A stretch of DNA of 64,000 nucleotides. It comes from the human T2T-CHM13v2.0 reference genome, Homo sapiens. Shown here in pieces: positions 41,831-55,132 of the stretch (its first letter is position 1; each line of letters begins with the position of its first letter). Under the pieces are notes generated by a model. It did no database searches. It was not told where the DNA came from and worked only from the letters and a program-made list of their open reading frames with translations. The stretch is from the NCBI RefSeq assembly GCF_009914755.1, contig NC_060925.1. One strand, given 5' to 3'. The position numbers and the translations under genes were made by a program.

Positions 41831-44238
41831 GATATTCTTTACCGAAGTAATGTTTTCCCCAATTTGATTCAAAGGTCATTGATAAAATAGGTTATAAAAC
41901 ACTGTTTTTCAATAATGGATTTATACTATAGAACATTTACTTGAATAAATAGGTATAGAGAAGAGTTAAAGAAAATTTTTAAGAAAATGTTTTCATTTTG
42001 GTTAAGATTTTAGAAACATGTTTTAAAACATTTTTAAAAGTTTAAAAGCTATTTATGTATATCCATCCTTTCATCAGTTCTCTCATAGTTCCGTGGTAGT
42101 ATGTACAGATGTGAATTTTTTTCCTGCAGCAGCACAGAATTATAATTTTAATAGAATCATATTCAGCTTTGATGCTTAGAACTTGAGATATCTGTGTTGA
42201 ACACCTAAAATTCTGTATCATTTTTTTTTAAAATGTGTTAAGCAAAGCTGGTATTGAAGTTATTTTAGAAAAATTCTTCCCCCTATTCCTAGTAACTAAA
42301 AAGACTGATTTTTATAGATCATTTAGATACCAACCCTGTATTTATTTTTGGTCTTTTGGGTTTGTTTTTGGTGTTTGGTGTTTGTTTTATTTTTACATTT
42401 ATTTAGCATAATTTCAGTGCTAGGCTATACCACCTGTCCCCCCCCCCCCCTTTTTTTTTAAACTCATCAGTGCTGTTGAAAGTGAGTATGAAGAAAGAAA
42501 ATAAAGGATTGGAAAGGCACAGGCAAGAACTTAACTGAATCTTCTGCATGAATTTCACAGTATCAATAGTGCAGATTTGGATATCCTCATTCATAGTATG
42601 TACACAGGCTAATTCTAAAATTATGTAGATTATGAATATTAAATATTTTCTGGAGGCACATCAAAAGTATGGTACATGGGGCTTATATTGGGATGTTTTT
42701 GCAGTGTGATTTCCCTGTGTCTTGTATTCATACTCCTCTTAGATGTGGCTAGTATTTCCTTTTTTTGTTTTTGTTTTTTGTTTGACAGTAGGTTTGTTTG
42801 AAATTTTTGTCATTGCTGTTATTAAGTAGGTGTGGAAAAGAGGAGTGCTCTGTCAGCCTTGTTATACTTAGACTAGATTGGATGTAGTTAAGATGACATG
42901 ACTAATTTTCAGTAGGGATGATCATACCAGAATCCATCGTGAGAGCATAAGAAGAACAATTAAATTCAACAAATATTATTTGAATTTCTATATAATAGGC
43001 TCTTGTCCAGAAACTAAGAGAAGCTAAAGGAGCTTTTTACAGGAAGGAAGAAAAAAGTGAAGGAAATAGGGATGGACAGATGGGGTTGGGCCCAAAGAAT
43101 ACTAAACATGAAGTATAGGAATATTGTGGAGGCAGTTGAACCACAGATAAGAGAATTGTTTGTTTTTCTTTGTAAGGTAGGGATGGGAGGTTATGGTATG
43201 TCAGAAATGGTATTATATAAAAGGGGAAAAGCCACCACCTGAGGATTGTAACTTAGTATCTGTGATGTAAAATTTTTTCTATTTTGCATTTTCATAAAAG
43301 AAGTTAGTATGTAAGGAAAGGGCTGGGAGAGGCACTGATACCTAAACAAACCATTTTGTTCATATGTGTCTTGTGATAAAATTAAAGGGACTGGATTTTA
43401 CTAGCCAGGTATGTGGCTAGGGGAAGATCATATGTGTAAAGTAAGGGGTTCTAAGTCTTTCACCTCTTAATGTTCTAGCTTACTTTTTAGCTAAAGTGCC
43501 CTGGGGATTAAACCAATGGAAATTACTCTGAATGAGTGTCTCATCATACCTCAGATATTCTAATGCTCATCCATGTGAACTTTCTGCTTTCTACTTCCAC
43601 TTAACTGCTTCACACCCATACATCCACATTTCCTACCCATCATTCTAAAATAATTAAGGTTTTTGCTCTCATTCAGCAATAAGACTTGATTGGAATGGAT
43701 AGTAGTAGTTTGAAGTCTTTATTTGTCCTAATTAGTGTATTTTTATTTTGCTGCCAAAACTGTTAAATGCATCTGCTTATGGGGTGTAGCCCAGTTTTGA
43801 AGGGATATTGTTTAATATCTGACATGTACACTAGTATTATTTCTTTAAAATCTGAAAAATGTGAATGCCCAAAATATATATGGCCAGTGTAAGAAGGGGG
43901 ATTATAGAAGTATAACTGTTATTTGTTGGGTAGAGTTTGCATAATTTGGAAATGAGAGACTGTCTCACCTATTCTCTCTTTGAGTGAGATACCTCAAGGG
44001 TGGAGTTCTGTTTTTTGAGCATTCACAAATTTTTATTTCTCATTTCATCAAATATTTATTTAGTGCTGTTGTGCCAGGCAAGTCTCTGGGTAAATTTAAT
44101 GTTTTAAAGTGTTTACAGTTAAACACTTTAAACCTATAAAGCTCTAAAAATTTCCAACCTCTCAAAATTCATTTAGGGAATATAACTAACAAGAGGCACA
44201 TGTTTTCCAGTGGATTCATAAATACAGGCAGTTGAAAG

Positions 44239-45127
44239 TATCGGGGGAACCAGCCCCCAATATTTAAATAGGTTCTTTTTATTTTCCCTAAGTGTCAGCC
44301 TGTCTGAGAAATAAAAAGAGTACAAAGAGAGGAATTTTACAGCTGGGCCTCCAGGGGTAACATCACATATTGGTAGGTCTGTGATGTCCCCTGAGCCACA
44401 AAGCCAGCAAGTTTTTATTAGGGATTTTAAAAAGGGAGGGGTTTTTATTAGGGATTTTAAAAGGGGTATACGAACAGGGAGTAGGTCACAAAGATCACAT
44501 GCTTCAAAGGGCAATAAAGATCACAAGGCAAAGGCAAGATTAGAATTACTGATGAGGGTCTATGTCCCTCTCTGCACATATTGTCATGACAAACATCTTA
44601 ACAGAAAACAGGGTTCGAGAGCAGAGAACCAATCTGACCAAAATTTACCAGGCTGGAATTTCCCAATCATAGTAAGCTTGAGGGTACTGCAGGAGTCCAG
44701 GGCGTATTTCAGTCCTTATCTCAACCACATAAGACAGACACTCCCAGAGCAGCCCTTTATAGACCTCCCCCCAGAAATGCATTCCTTCCCCGGGGTATTC
44801 CTTGCTGGGAAAAGAATTCAGCGATATCTCTCTTACTTGCATGCCCATTTTTAGGCTCTCTGCAAGAAGAAAAATATGGCTGTATTCTGCCTGACCCCAC
44901 AGGCAGGCAGACCTTATGGTTATCTTCCCTTGTTCCCTGAAAATCGTTGTTATTCTCTTCTTTTTCAAGGTGCACTGATTTCATATTGTTCAAACACACA
45001 TGTTTTACAATCAATTTGTACAATAGTGGTCCTGAGGTGACATACATTCTCAGTTTACGAAGATAATGGGATTAAGAGATTAAAGTAAAGACAGGCATAA
45101 GAAATTATAAGAGTATTATTAGGGAAG
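44239..45127 (-). mobile_element. MER11-like ERV LTR (HERV-K HML-8), 5' end missing
   Basis: Minus-strand end ...ggctggttcccccgata; body matches recalled MER11; breaks at gagtattattagggaag. Confidence 0.85.
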
Positions 45128-45129
45128 GA

Positions 45130-46420
45130 GTACTTCTCCTCTTATCCCATAGTTTTAAATCTATGTGCTGATGATTTCCAAATTTGTTATCTCCAATTCA
45201 AACCTCTGGTATCTTATATTAACTGTCTGTGTAACATTTGGATTTGCCGTAGGCATTTTAAAACTAATTAAGATAAATTTTTCCCTGCTATTTTCCCCAA
45301 GGTCTCTTACTCTATAGTCTTCTGCTTTTTCATAGAGTGACACCACAATCAACTTTGTTTCTTAAATCAAAAACTTGGAAGTTATTCTTTATTCATCACA
45401 TTTCCTTACTCCTTTTCTGTTGGTGGGTTCTGTCAGATGTGCCTTTTCTGTATTCCAAATTTATCTATTTTTCTTTATCTCCACTACCACAACTCAAGTA
45501 GAAACCATCATCATCTCTCTAGACCAGTGGGTCTCAGTGTGGTCGGTTGCCTGGTGTCAACCTTTTTATTTCCGGTGGCACCTTTTTATTTCTGGTGCCA
45601 ACAAAATAGACATAGAAATTGAGGGTAAAATAGTGTCATAGCATCTGAGTACATAACCATCTTTCTAGAAATTCATTGCTATTATATTTTATTCAGTTGG
45701 CTTTGAATTGGAATTTAAAACAAAAACTCAACCACACATAGTTTGAGTAGCACCATTGTTGACTGTTGTAATAGTCCTAACTGAGCTTTCTGCCTTCACA
45801 CTTGTACTCTTTTCGATCCTTTGTCCAAATCCATTGTTTTTTTTCTTCCAGACTTGTGACATGAAAATAAAATCTTTTCACTTTCTGGCTTAATAGTTAT
45901 AGGACTTGCCAGTGTCACTTAAATGTAAACTTAATATTGCTTAAAAAGCCCTACATGAATTGGTCTCTGCATATATTTGTAACCTCATCTCCTGCCATTC
46001 TTCCTTTCTTCTCTGTGGTCTACACATTTGTTTTGTTCAGTTCCCCAAGCGCAGCAGTTTCTTCCCGCCTATGGTATTTGCCCGTATTCCTACCTCTTAT
46101 CTGAACTGTTCGCCTACTTGTTCTTGGCAAGTTGGCTTGTTTTCATCTTTCAAATTTCAGCTTAAATGCCACTTTCTTTGAGAAGCTGTTTGCATTATAT
46201 CTAAAGGACACTTTTCTGCCAGTATACACTCATTTTGTTCCCTTAGTATGTGTTCCAATTAGATTATGTGTTTGGTTGCATTTTTGTTTATGGTCTGGGC
46301 TCCCGTACTCTGCTGAAAGCTCTTTGAGGGCAGGAATTACTTCTGTTTTATTTGCAATTTAATAATAACTTAGCAGTGATGCTTGTACATAGGCTCCAAA
46401 TAAATGTTTCTTAAGAATCT
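45130..46420 (+). mobile_element. L2 fragments
   Basis: tgctgatgatttccaaatt..., aaaacttggaagttattcttt..., tttcagcttaaatgccact..., gagggcagg...aataaatgttt. Confidence 0.7.
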
Positions 46421-46559
46421 AATTTATTTGAAATCAAACAGAGCAACAGTAATTTTTCTTATGGTTTATTCTCAGCTTGTAAATTGGCAATTAGCACACT
46501 TGCTTGAGTAGCGGTAGTAGTAGAAGTGGCAGCAGTTAGCATCTACTGTAGTTGCAGGA

Positions 46560-46780
46560 TTCAGTAAATGGTAAGTATGTGCTAACACCTAATTAAGGAC
46601 TTTAGCATGCATTATTATTTTTTAAATTCTCACAGCAGTATCAAGATATAGAAACTATTATCTCTTTTACGATTGAGGAAACTGAGGCCGAGCAAAGTTA
46701 ATCAGCTTGCCTAGACAGTGGCAAAATAAGGATATGAACTAAAATAATCTGAGTACAGACCTTTGCTGTTGATCACTCTG
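46560..46780 (-). mobile_element. MIR
   Basis: ttattatctcttttacgattgaggaaactgaggc core. Confidence 0.75.
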
Positions 46781-47848
46781 TCATACAAACTCCTTATGTT
46801 TCTCTCCCCCTCCCCCGTTAAGATCAAGCTTCTCATTGACATGTTCATCACAGTGTCTCAGTCTGGGTCCTTACATACTAGGGAACTTGTTTATATTCTT
46901 TTGCAGTTATCTTTTTTAACTAAACCTCTAAACTTTATTTTTAACATTTGTGAGTTTTTTTATTTTGCCTTTTTCTTATATTGGGTCTTCTCAGCCTTGA
47001 GTTTAGTAAATGTTTGCCTAAATTCCTGAGGGCATTTGTGGATTTCCTTACCAAATCCAACAGTACTTCAGTCAGAGATTTCTCCCTTGCTCTCTCTTTC
47101 TTCTTCCCTCTCTTCCTCTCCCCCCTCTCTGCCTTCCTTCCATCTTTGTTTTTTTGTAGTTCCCTTTAGTCATAATAGCAACTCCTGTTTCCTGTTTATC
47201 CATCCTGTTACCCCTTTATCTCTCCAACAAATGCCAAATATTTACCGAGACTATATTATATTCCACATGACACTATGTAGCCAATGAGATTTATCCATGA
47301 CCCTTCATTTCTCAAATTGATTTAAGAAAATTCTAGTATTTTTTCTCAGCAAGAAGAAAGATGAGAAAACTGTAATAGTAAAGGCATATGTCTCAGTATG
47401 TGTTTGTGTATATAGTTATCTGCTTTCTGTGGCTGGGAAGGTCATACTACTGAATCCTATGACAGTTTATCACAATGAGAGAGCTATATAAAGGATTACA
47501 AAGAATTAGTGAAAATGTAGCATTTTGTTGCTTTTTAAATAGAACATTTTCTGAAAGTGTGTGTGCTGTGTTATTCACTTTAAAGATGGTATCCATTTTT
47601 AAGAACTGACATTGAATTAGAATTTTAAGTCTCCTAAATTTTTCTTTATTTTTGTCATTTAAAAAACAAAACTCAAGCACAGCTTGTAGCACATTGAGTT
47701 ATTGTATGGTCAAATACTGAAAATAGAACTTGCAGCACTTTTTATCCTAAGATGTATTCATCTTGTGTTAGGTTATTATTACCATTATGTCAACAAATAT
47801 TTCTAAGCATTAAAAGTTCATTGTATATAAACAAAATACAAACATATG

Positions 47849-47980
47849 GGCCAGGCTCAGTGGCTCACCTGTGTAATCCCAGCACTTTGGGAGGCTGAGG
47901 TGGGAGGATAGCTTGAGCTCAGGAGTTCGAGATCAACCCTGGGTGACATTGCGAGACCCTGTTTTTGTTAAAAAGAAAGA
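47849..47980 (+). mobile_element. Alu left monomer/FLAM
   Basis: ggccaggctcagtggctcac...gagaccctgt. Confidence 0.85.
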
Positions 47981-48363
47981 TAGGAAGATTTGTGTATGTA
48001 TAACATGATCACAATCAATCATATGGTCATTTTCAGATAATATAGACCTTCACATATACATGACTGATTACCTGTAATGCTGTATTTCTCACCTAAAAAG
48101 AGACAAGAAACAATTTTTAAAAGAAAGAAAAAAAAATAAAAGGAATCTTTTAGCCTTAGATCTCAATAACTTCTTTCCTTTTCTTCCAAAATGGTTAAGC
48201 GTATTCGCACTTCGCACAGTAGTATTTGCTCGTATGCTCTCTTTTCACAGTTATTACAGTGGTAATCAGCTTATTATGAAATTATTTCTTGTCTCGCTCT
48301 TCTCTTTTTTGCTAGACCTGAACATCCATGAATGTAAGATACTCAGTGCCTGGCATTGTAATA

Positions 48364-49093
48364 CAGTAGTCCCCACTTACTAGCAGGGCATACATTCCAA
48401 GACCCCCCAGCGGATACCTGAAACCAGGGAGGGATAGTACCAAACCAGATTCGGTCAACCAGAACATGTTTCTCTTATGTCTCCCATAAATTTAATGCCT
48501 TTTCCATCTTAACACTATCACTCACTGTGGCTGAAACTTTTGCAGTTTGAGGTACAAAGGCAAAAGTAGCACGAATTTCTTTTTCTTCTTCGCAGTTACA
48601 CGGATGGTAGATTCAGTATTTTTATCGTAGATGTTAGCAACCTCGGGATGTGATTTTATTTTTTTCTCTTCAACTTAGTAGTAGAGATTTTCTTGTCTAC
48701 TTAGTAGTAGAGATTTTCACCTTTTCACCTAAGGGAAACACTTAATGTCTTTTCTTTGGTAGTGGCATATCCAAATTGTCAGCCTTATCACTCTTACACT
48801 TTGAGGCCATTCGCAAGTAAAACAAGGGCTACTTGAAACAAGCACTGTGATAACAGTGAGGGAGATGACTACTGAGTGACTAAAGGGTGGGTAGTGTATA
48901 GAATGTGGATATGCTGGACAAAGAGCATTCACATCCTGGGTGGGGCAGTGTGAGATTTCATTATGCTCCTGAGAAAAATGTGCAGTTTCAGTCTTGTGAA
49001 TTGTTTGTTTCTGGAATTTTCTATTTAATATTTTCAGACCACAGTGGACTGTGGTTAACTGAAACTGCAGAAAACAGAACTATGGATGTTGTA
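48364..49093 (+). mobile_element. MER44/Tigger7-like TcMar DNA transposon
   Basis: TA|cagtagtccccactta...ccaagaccccccagcggatacctgaaacc terminus; ...ggttaactgaaactgcagaaa near the other end. Confidence 0.75.
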
Positions 49094-49306
49094 TATTCAC
49101 TTTCCTTTTGACTACAGATTGTTGAATAATGCATTTTAATATTTTTGTCAAACAGTGTTGAGAAGATAGTTGTAAAAAAAGTCTTCTGATTTACAGTTAG
49201 TCATATGGGAATACACATAATTTAAAAAATATCCCTTATTTGTAAGTTTGAAAATAAGAATATGGTTTTTATGACACAGAGTTGTGATTTTTTTTCTTTT
49301 TCACAG

Positions 49307-49342
49307 TTTCTCAAGCAAGACCTCCCCCAAATCAGAAGAAAG
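49307..49342 (+). CDS. CDC73: CDC73 internal coding exon, 36 nt (exon 12)
   Basis: tttttcacag|TT TCT CAA...AAA G|gtgagg encodes (V)SQARPPPNQKK(G). Confidence 0.96.
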
Positions 49343-49588
49343 GTGAGGTTGTGCATATGATTTTAAACTTAACTTTAAAAAGTAAATGATTGCAAAACCA
49401 GGCCTGATAATTTTCTTGTGCAGCTGTATCACATGTTTGTGCTTGGTATCCATTCTGATTTATTAGTGCCCAAGCCACACTGATTATTAAATATTTTTTA
49501 ATATCCACTGGCTTAAAATATTTTTTAGATCAAAAGTTAAAGTTACAATTTATAATCTTTTAACTTTTAGTAGAGAAAGTAAGTATAA

Positions 49589-49720
<132 letters not shown>

Positions 49721-51677
49721 TAAGTAATTTATTAAACTATCCTGTACGTAGGATATTGAGATACCATTGGAAAATAGTAGTTACTGAATCAGTATTACTT
49801 ATTTGGAAAAAACAAAATTTCGGTTTCTGTGCTATAGGCCTTACACATAGTATGAAGCATACATTTTCAAAACAGAATATATTCTTTTATATTTGGATCC
49901 TTTAGGGAAAGTTACAGAAACTTCTGGCTAAAGTCCTAATGAAAAAAGGTACTATCGTATTAACTTTTAATATGAATTGTTTTCTTTTGATGATTTTCTC
50001 TGAGAGAGCTTGAGGAAGTTCTAAAGCAAATTCAGGTTCTCTCTGAATATTAGATGTTATACCCTAGTGGGAGTAAGTGGGCGGGTAGGTGGGGGCATAG
50101 TTATTTAACCTAGATAGCAGTGAAAGTTAAAGAAGTGAAAATGAAACCTATAAATGATGATAAAATTTCCAAATGCTTAACTTTTCAAAAATTTTAATGT
50201 CTATTTTCCTTCCTCATTTCCTTATTAAAATGAATACAGTCACACTTGTACCCAGTTTGTTCTAATAAACATGCATCACGGTTATTGGGCACAAAATAAA
50301 TCTCTTCCATCCCCAACCACTTTCAGATTTAAAATTTAAGTAGTTTACGTATATTTTCCCATAGCATTTCTTCTATTAATGAATATGAGTAGACATACCA
50401 CTTTTAAATATTGTGACTATTTTTAAATCTGTATACTACTTCTTGGATTGGCTATAGTTTACAGAAGAAAGATGGCAATATAAAAATTGTTTTAAATAAT
50501 CTTCAATGATATAGACATTAACAAGGTTTAAAATGAGCCATGTTTAAGTGATTTTCAGAATGCTATCAAGTTTTTTAGACACAGTGTTGCAAATTTTTTC
50601 CTCAGTAGATTTTTTTTTTTTTTAGTCATACTCATTGTTAAAATGGGTAAATATTTTATATATTCAGCTAAATACCATTGCCTGATGTGGGATTTTAAGA
50701 TAGTTCCTTCTGTCAGAATGCGTTTTATGAAATAGGGGATAGAAAATGGAGGAATTCAAAAATTGTAATACATACTCTTTCAGAGGATAAGAGAGATGTT
50801 GTGATCACTAGTTGGAGCGAAGGTGGTTAACTGTATTCTGCTTTAATATTTTCGTAGTGTTTGTTGCATTCTCATGGTACTTCTTATTAAACAGAAGCTG
50901 TCAAATTGTCCTGTTGTGTTACATACATACCTGATTATTTAATTTTGGTATTTGTTAGGAATTTGGACTGTTGCTCACTAATCTTAATATGGTATTATTT
51001 GAAGTGCTACTGGCTTGAAGTTACGTCCTTCCAGAGTGATTTTGTGATTGCTTTGCCAGGTGCTTCAAGAATATCTCAAGCCTTGAGTTGATTTTTGTGT
51101 TAAATTCTTAACATAAGGATTTCTAGTCCATCTGGGTAGTATAAATTCAAATTTGAATCAGACCTGAGTGACATTGGAACCTGGCTGACAAATTATCCAG
51201 GAGCCCCTTTTCTTCCCCTGCTCCAGAGGTAGAGCAAGATGGATATGCTTCCCCGACATTTGATTGGAAACAGTTTTTCCCTCTACTTTAACCTTTTGTT
51301 GATCATGTGACTCTTCTGTGGCTCTAGTTCCAGTTCCTCTGTGTCCTTTCCCTATGTAGTTGGTAAAAGCCAATTCTTAGTACTGCCTACACTTTCCTCA
51401 TGGGCAACACCAGTGCACTTTATTGGTCGTCAGCATTTTCTTCATTTGTAGCCGATGACTATTTTCTTTCTAGCTCAGCATTTCAGGTATATGTTACATT
51501 GTATTTAGCATTTCCAGGTGTTTATGTATAAAGTTCCCGTTCCAATAATGCAGTGTACCAGATAGTATAACCCATTTTAGTAGGAACTTATTAGTCTGCC
51601 AAATGTAGCAAATTTCTTAATTCATGTTTCATAATTGTTTGAGTTGTACCTGAGGGGAATTAAAAATGCAGATTATT

Positions 51678-51983
<306 letters not shown>

Positions 51984-52828
51984 TTATAAGCTATTTGGCC
52001 ACTTAGATTGTTTGCAGTTGGGATACACTTGACATTAGAAATAAGTTTTAATGTTTTTCTAATCAGTGATGTTGATGCCTTAACTATGAGACAGATTCAG
52101 ATGAATTTAGTGATAACTCTCATTTGGGGAGATTGATGTGTATATTGGGTTTGTTGTTTCAACTAACATCTACAGAGCAATAACTAAAAAGTAAATTACT
52201 CTAGATGAATATACAACACGCCCAACCTTCTAGGAGCTCACATGAGAGTGGTACTGGTTTGTCACTAGTTGCAGCTGCTGAGAAATGTGTTTAGCACTTG
52301 GTGTAAAACTCAGTTTCAATGCCTTATTCTAAGTACAGTGAAAAATATACTGTCTTTTGACTCTCTGCAAACTTGAATCACATTCTGAAGATAGGTTCAG
52401 AAACAAATTAGACCTCAACAGTTAGCCTTTAAAAGCTTTATCTAGCTTCTCTCAAATTATGTGCTGTTAGTGAGAATGTATATAATAGTGATTTTTCATA
52501 GTATATAAACAACTTGAAATGTATTGTTTTCTACAACTTGAGACCTAAAAATGATATACAGTATATCTAGTTTGACCCACTCTTATTCCTAAACAAAAAT
52601 ACTGATATATAAAAGAAACTTAAAGTCTATTTTAGCCTTTTACCTCTGCCATTTAGTTGCAGAGCAGGAAATACAACCAGATCTCCTGATGATCAATTTA
52701 GTAGTCTTATTATTTGTACTGTGGAGATACCTAACAAACATTCAGATTAAGAAATTAAGTTTTTATACAGTTACATAGAAATTAAACAGCCTGGTCCTAA
52801 ATCGCTTTTGGGCAAAGAATGAAATTAA

Positions 52829-53131
<303 letters not shown>

Positions 53132-54314
53132 TCAAAAAATTCTTTGAAACAAATGAAAACAAAGATACAATGTACCAGAATCCCTGGGACATAGCTAAAG
53201 CAGTATTAAGAGGAAAGTTCATAGTGCTAAATGCCTATATCACGAAGTTAGATCTCAAATTAACCACCTAACGTCACACCTGTAAGAACTAGAAGAACAA
53301 GAGCAAACCAGTCCCAAAGGTAGCAGAAGAAAATAACCAAAATCAGAGCTGAACTAAATTGATATGTGAAAATCCATGCAAAAGATCAATAAAACCAAAA
53401 TTTGGTTCTTTGAAATAATACGATTAATAGACTGCTAGCTAGATTAATAGAGAAAAACAGAGAAAAGATCCCAATAAACACAATCAGAAATGACAAAGGG
53501 ACATTACCACCAACTCCACAGAAATACAGAAAACCCTCAGAGACTATGAACACCCCTGTGCACACAAACTAGAATACCTAAAAGAAATGGATAAACTCCT
53601 AGAAACATATAATCTCTCAAGATTGATTTAGGAAGGAATTGAAATCCTTAACAGACCAATAATGAGTTCCGAATTTGAATCAGTAGAAAAGAATCCTACC
53701 AACCGGAAGCCCCCCAACCCCAAACCAGACAGATTAACAGCTGAATTCTACCAGATGTATAAAGGAGAGCTGGTACCAGTCCTACTGAAATCGCCCCAAA
53801 AAATCAAGGAGGAGGGGCTTCCCTAACTCATTCTGTGAAGCCAGCATCATTCTAATACCAAAACCTGGCAGAGAGACAATTAAAAAAAAAAAAAACCTGC
53901 TGGCCAGTATCCCTGATGAGCACAGATGCAAAAATCAACAAAGTATTAGAAAATCGAATCCAGCAGCACATCAAAAAACTAAAACACCCTCATCAAATAG
54001 GCTTTATCCCTGGGATGCAGGGTTCGTTCAACAAATGCAAATCAGTAAACATGATTCGTCACATAAACAGAACTAAAAAAATTACATGGTCATCTCAGTA
54101 GATGCAGAAAAGGCTTTCAGTAAATCCTAAAATCCCTTCATGTTAACCCTCAACAAACTACCCATCAAAGGAACATACCTCAAACTAATGAGAGCCGTCT
54201 ATGACAGTCCTACAGCCAACATCATACTGAATAGGCAAAAGCTGGAAGCATTCCCCCTGAGAACCAGAACAAACCAAGGATGTCCACTCTCACCACCCCT
54301 ATTCAACGTAGTAC

Positions 54315-55132
54315 TGAAACAGGAAATGTTCCTTTGTCTCCCTCCCAGGGCTTGCGGTGGGGGTGTGGCTTGCTTCTTCAATACCCAGCTGCTGCTGAAA
54401 CCTCTAGGGGAGCACACCGACGGGCAGGCTGTGGAGCTCAGACTCCACGGCATTGTCTAGGGGTGAATGTTTACAGCTGAAGCCCCAGTGGACGTGTGTT
54501 ACAGGGTGCTCTTTTGGTTTACCCTATAGGCGGCTTGTGTTAACCAGCTCAGACCCTCTACCTTATCACAAGGACAAGATACTCTGCTCTATCGCAGAGT
54601 TTCTTGTCTTGGTGTACTGGAAGAATCGGATCACATGTAGGCTTGGAGAATGAGTGCAAGGTTTTATTGAGTAGAAGTAGGGGAGCCAGAAAGGGGATGG
54701 TTTTCCCCTGGAGTCCAGCCGCTGTGGCCAGACCCTGCGTCATTCTGATGGCCTGTCAGCCTGCTGGTGCCTGTTGGTGTGCTCTTGACCACCAAGAGCT
54801 TGCTTGCTGTGTCTTCTTCCGCCAATGTGTTCCTCACATCCAGCTGCTTGTGTCTTCTTCTGCTGATATGCTCCTTTTGACGTCTGGCCACCTGTGTGTG
54901 TGCCCACTAGGGTCTTGGGTTTTTATAGGCCCTGGGTGGGGGCATGGCGAGCTAGGGTGGTCTTGGAAAATGGAACATTTGGGCTTGAAAGCAGAAGTGC
55001 CTGTCCTCACGTAGGTTCATGAGGGTGGAGCCCTAGCCAGGGACCAGGCCCTCCTCTACCCAGCACTTGCCTTCCCCCATTCCATATCATTTAAAGGGAC
55101 CATGCTCTTGCCTTCCCAGTACTCCTGTATCA
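54315..55132 (-). mobile_element. Solo ERV1 LTR (LTR1/LTR27/LTR28-like), 818 bp, with 4-bp TSD
   Basis: TG...CA ends with short inverted termini (tgaaacagga / tcctgtatca); GTAC at 54311-54314 and 55133-55136; L1 resumes on both sides. Confidence 0.85.

Noticed and set aside
42018-42031. 14-bp palindrome ATGTTTTAAAACAT
   Set aside because: Expected by chance in low-complexity AT-rich DNA.
44173-45047. Overlapping 96-157 aa ORFs
   Set aside because: They lie wholly inside the MER11-like LTR, with no recognisable domain.
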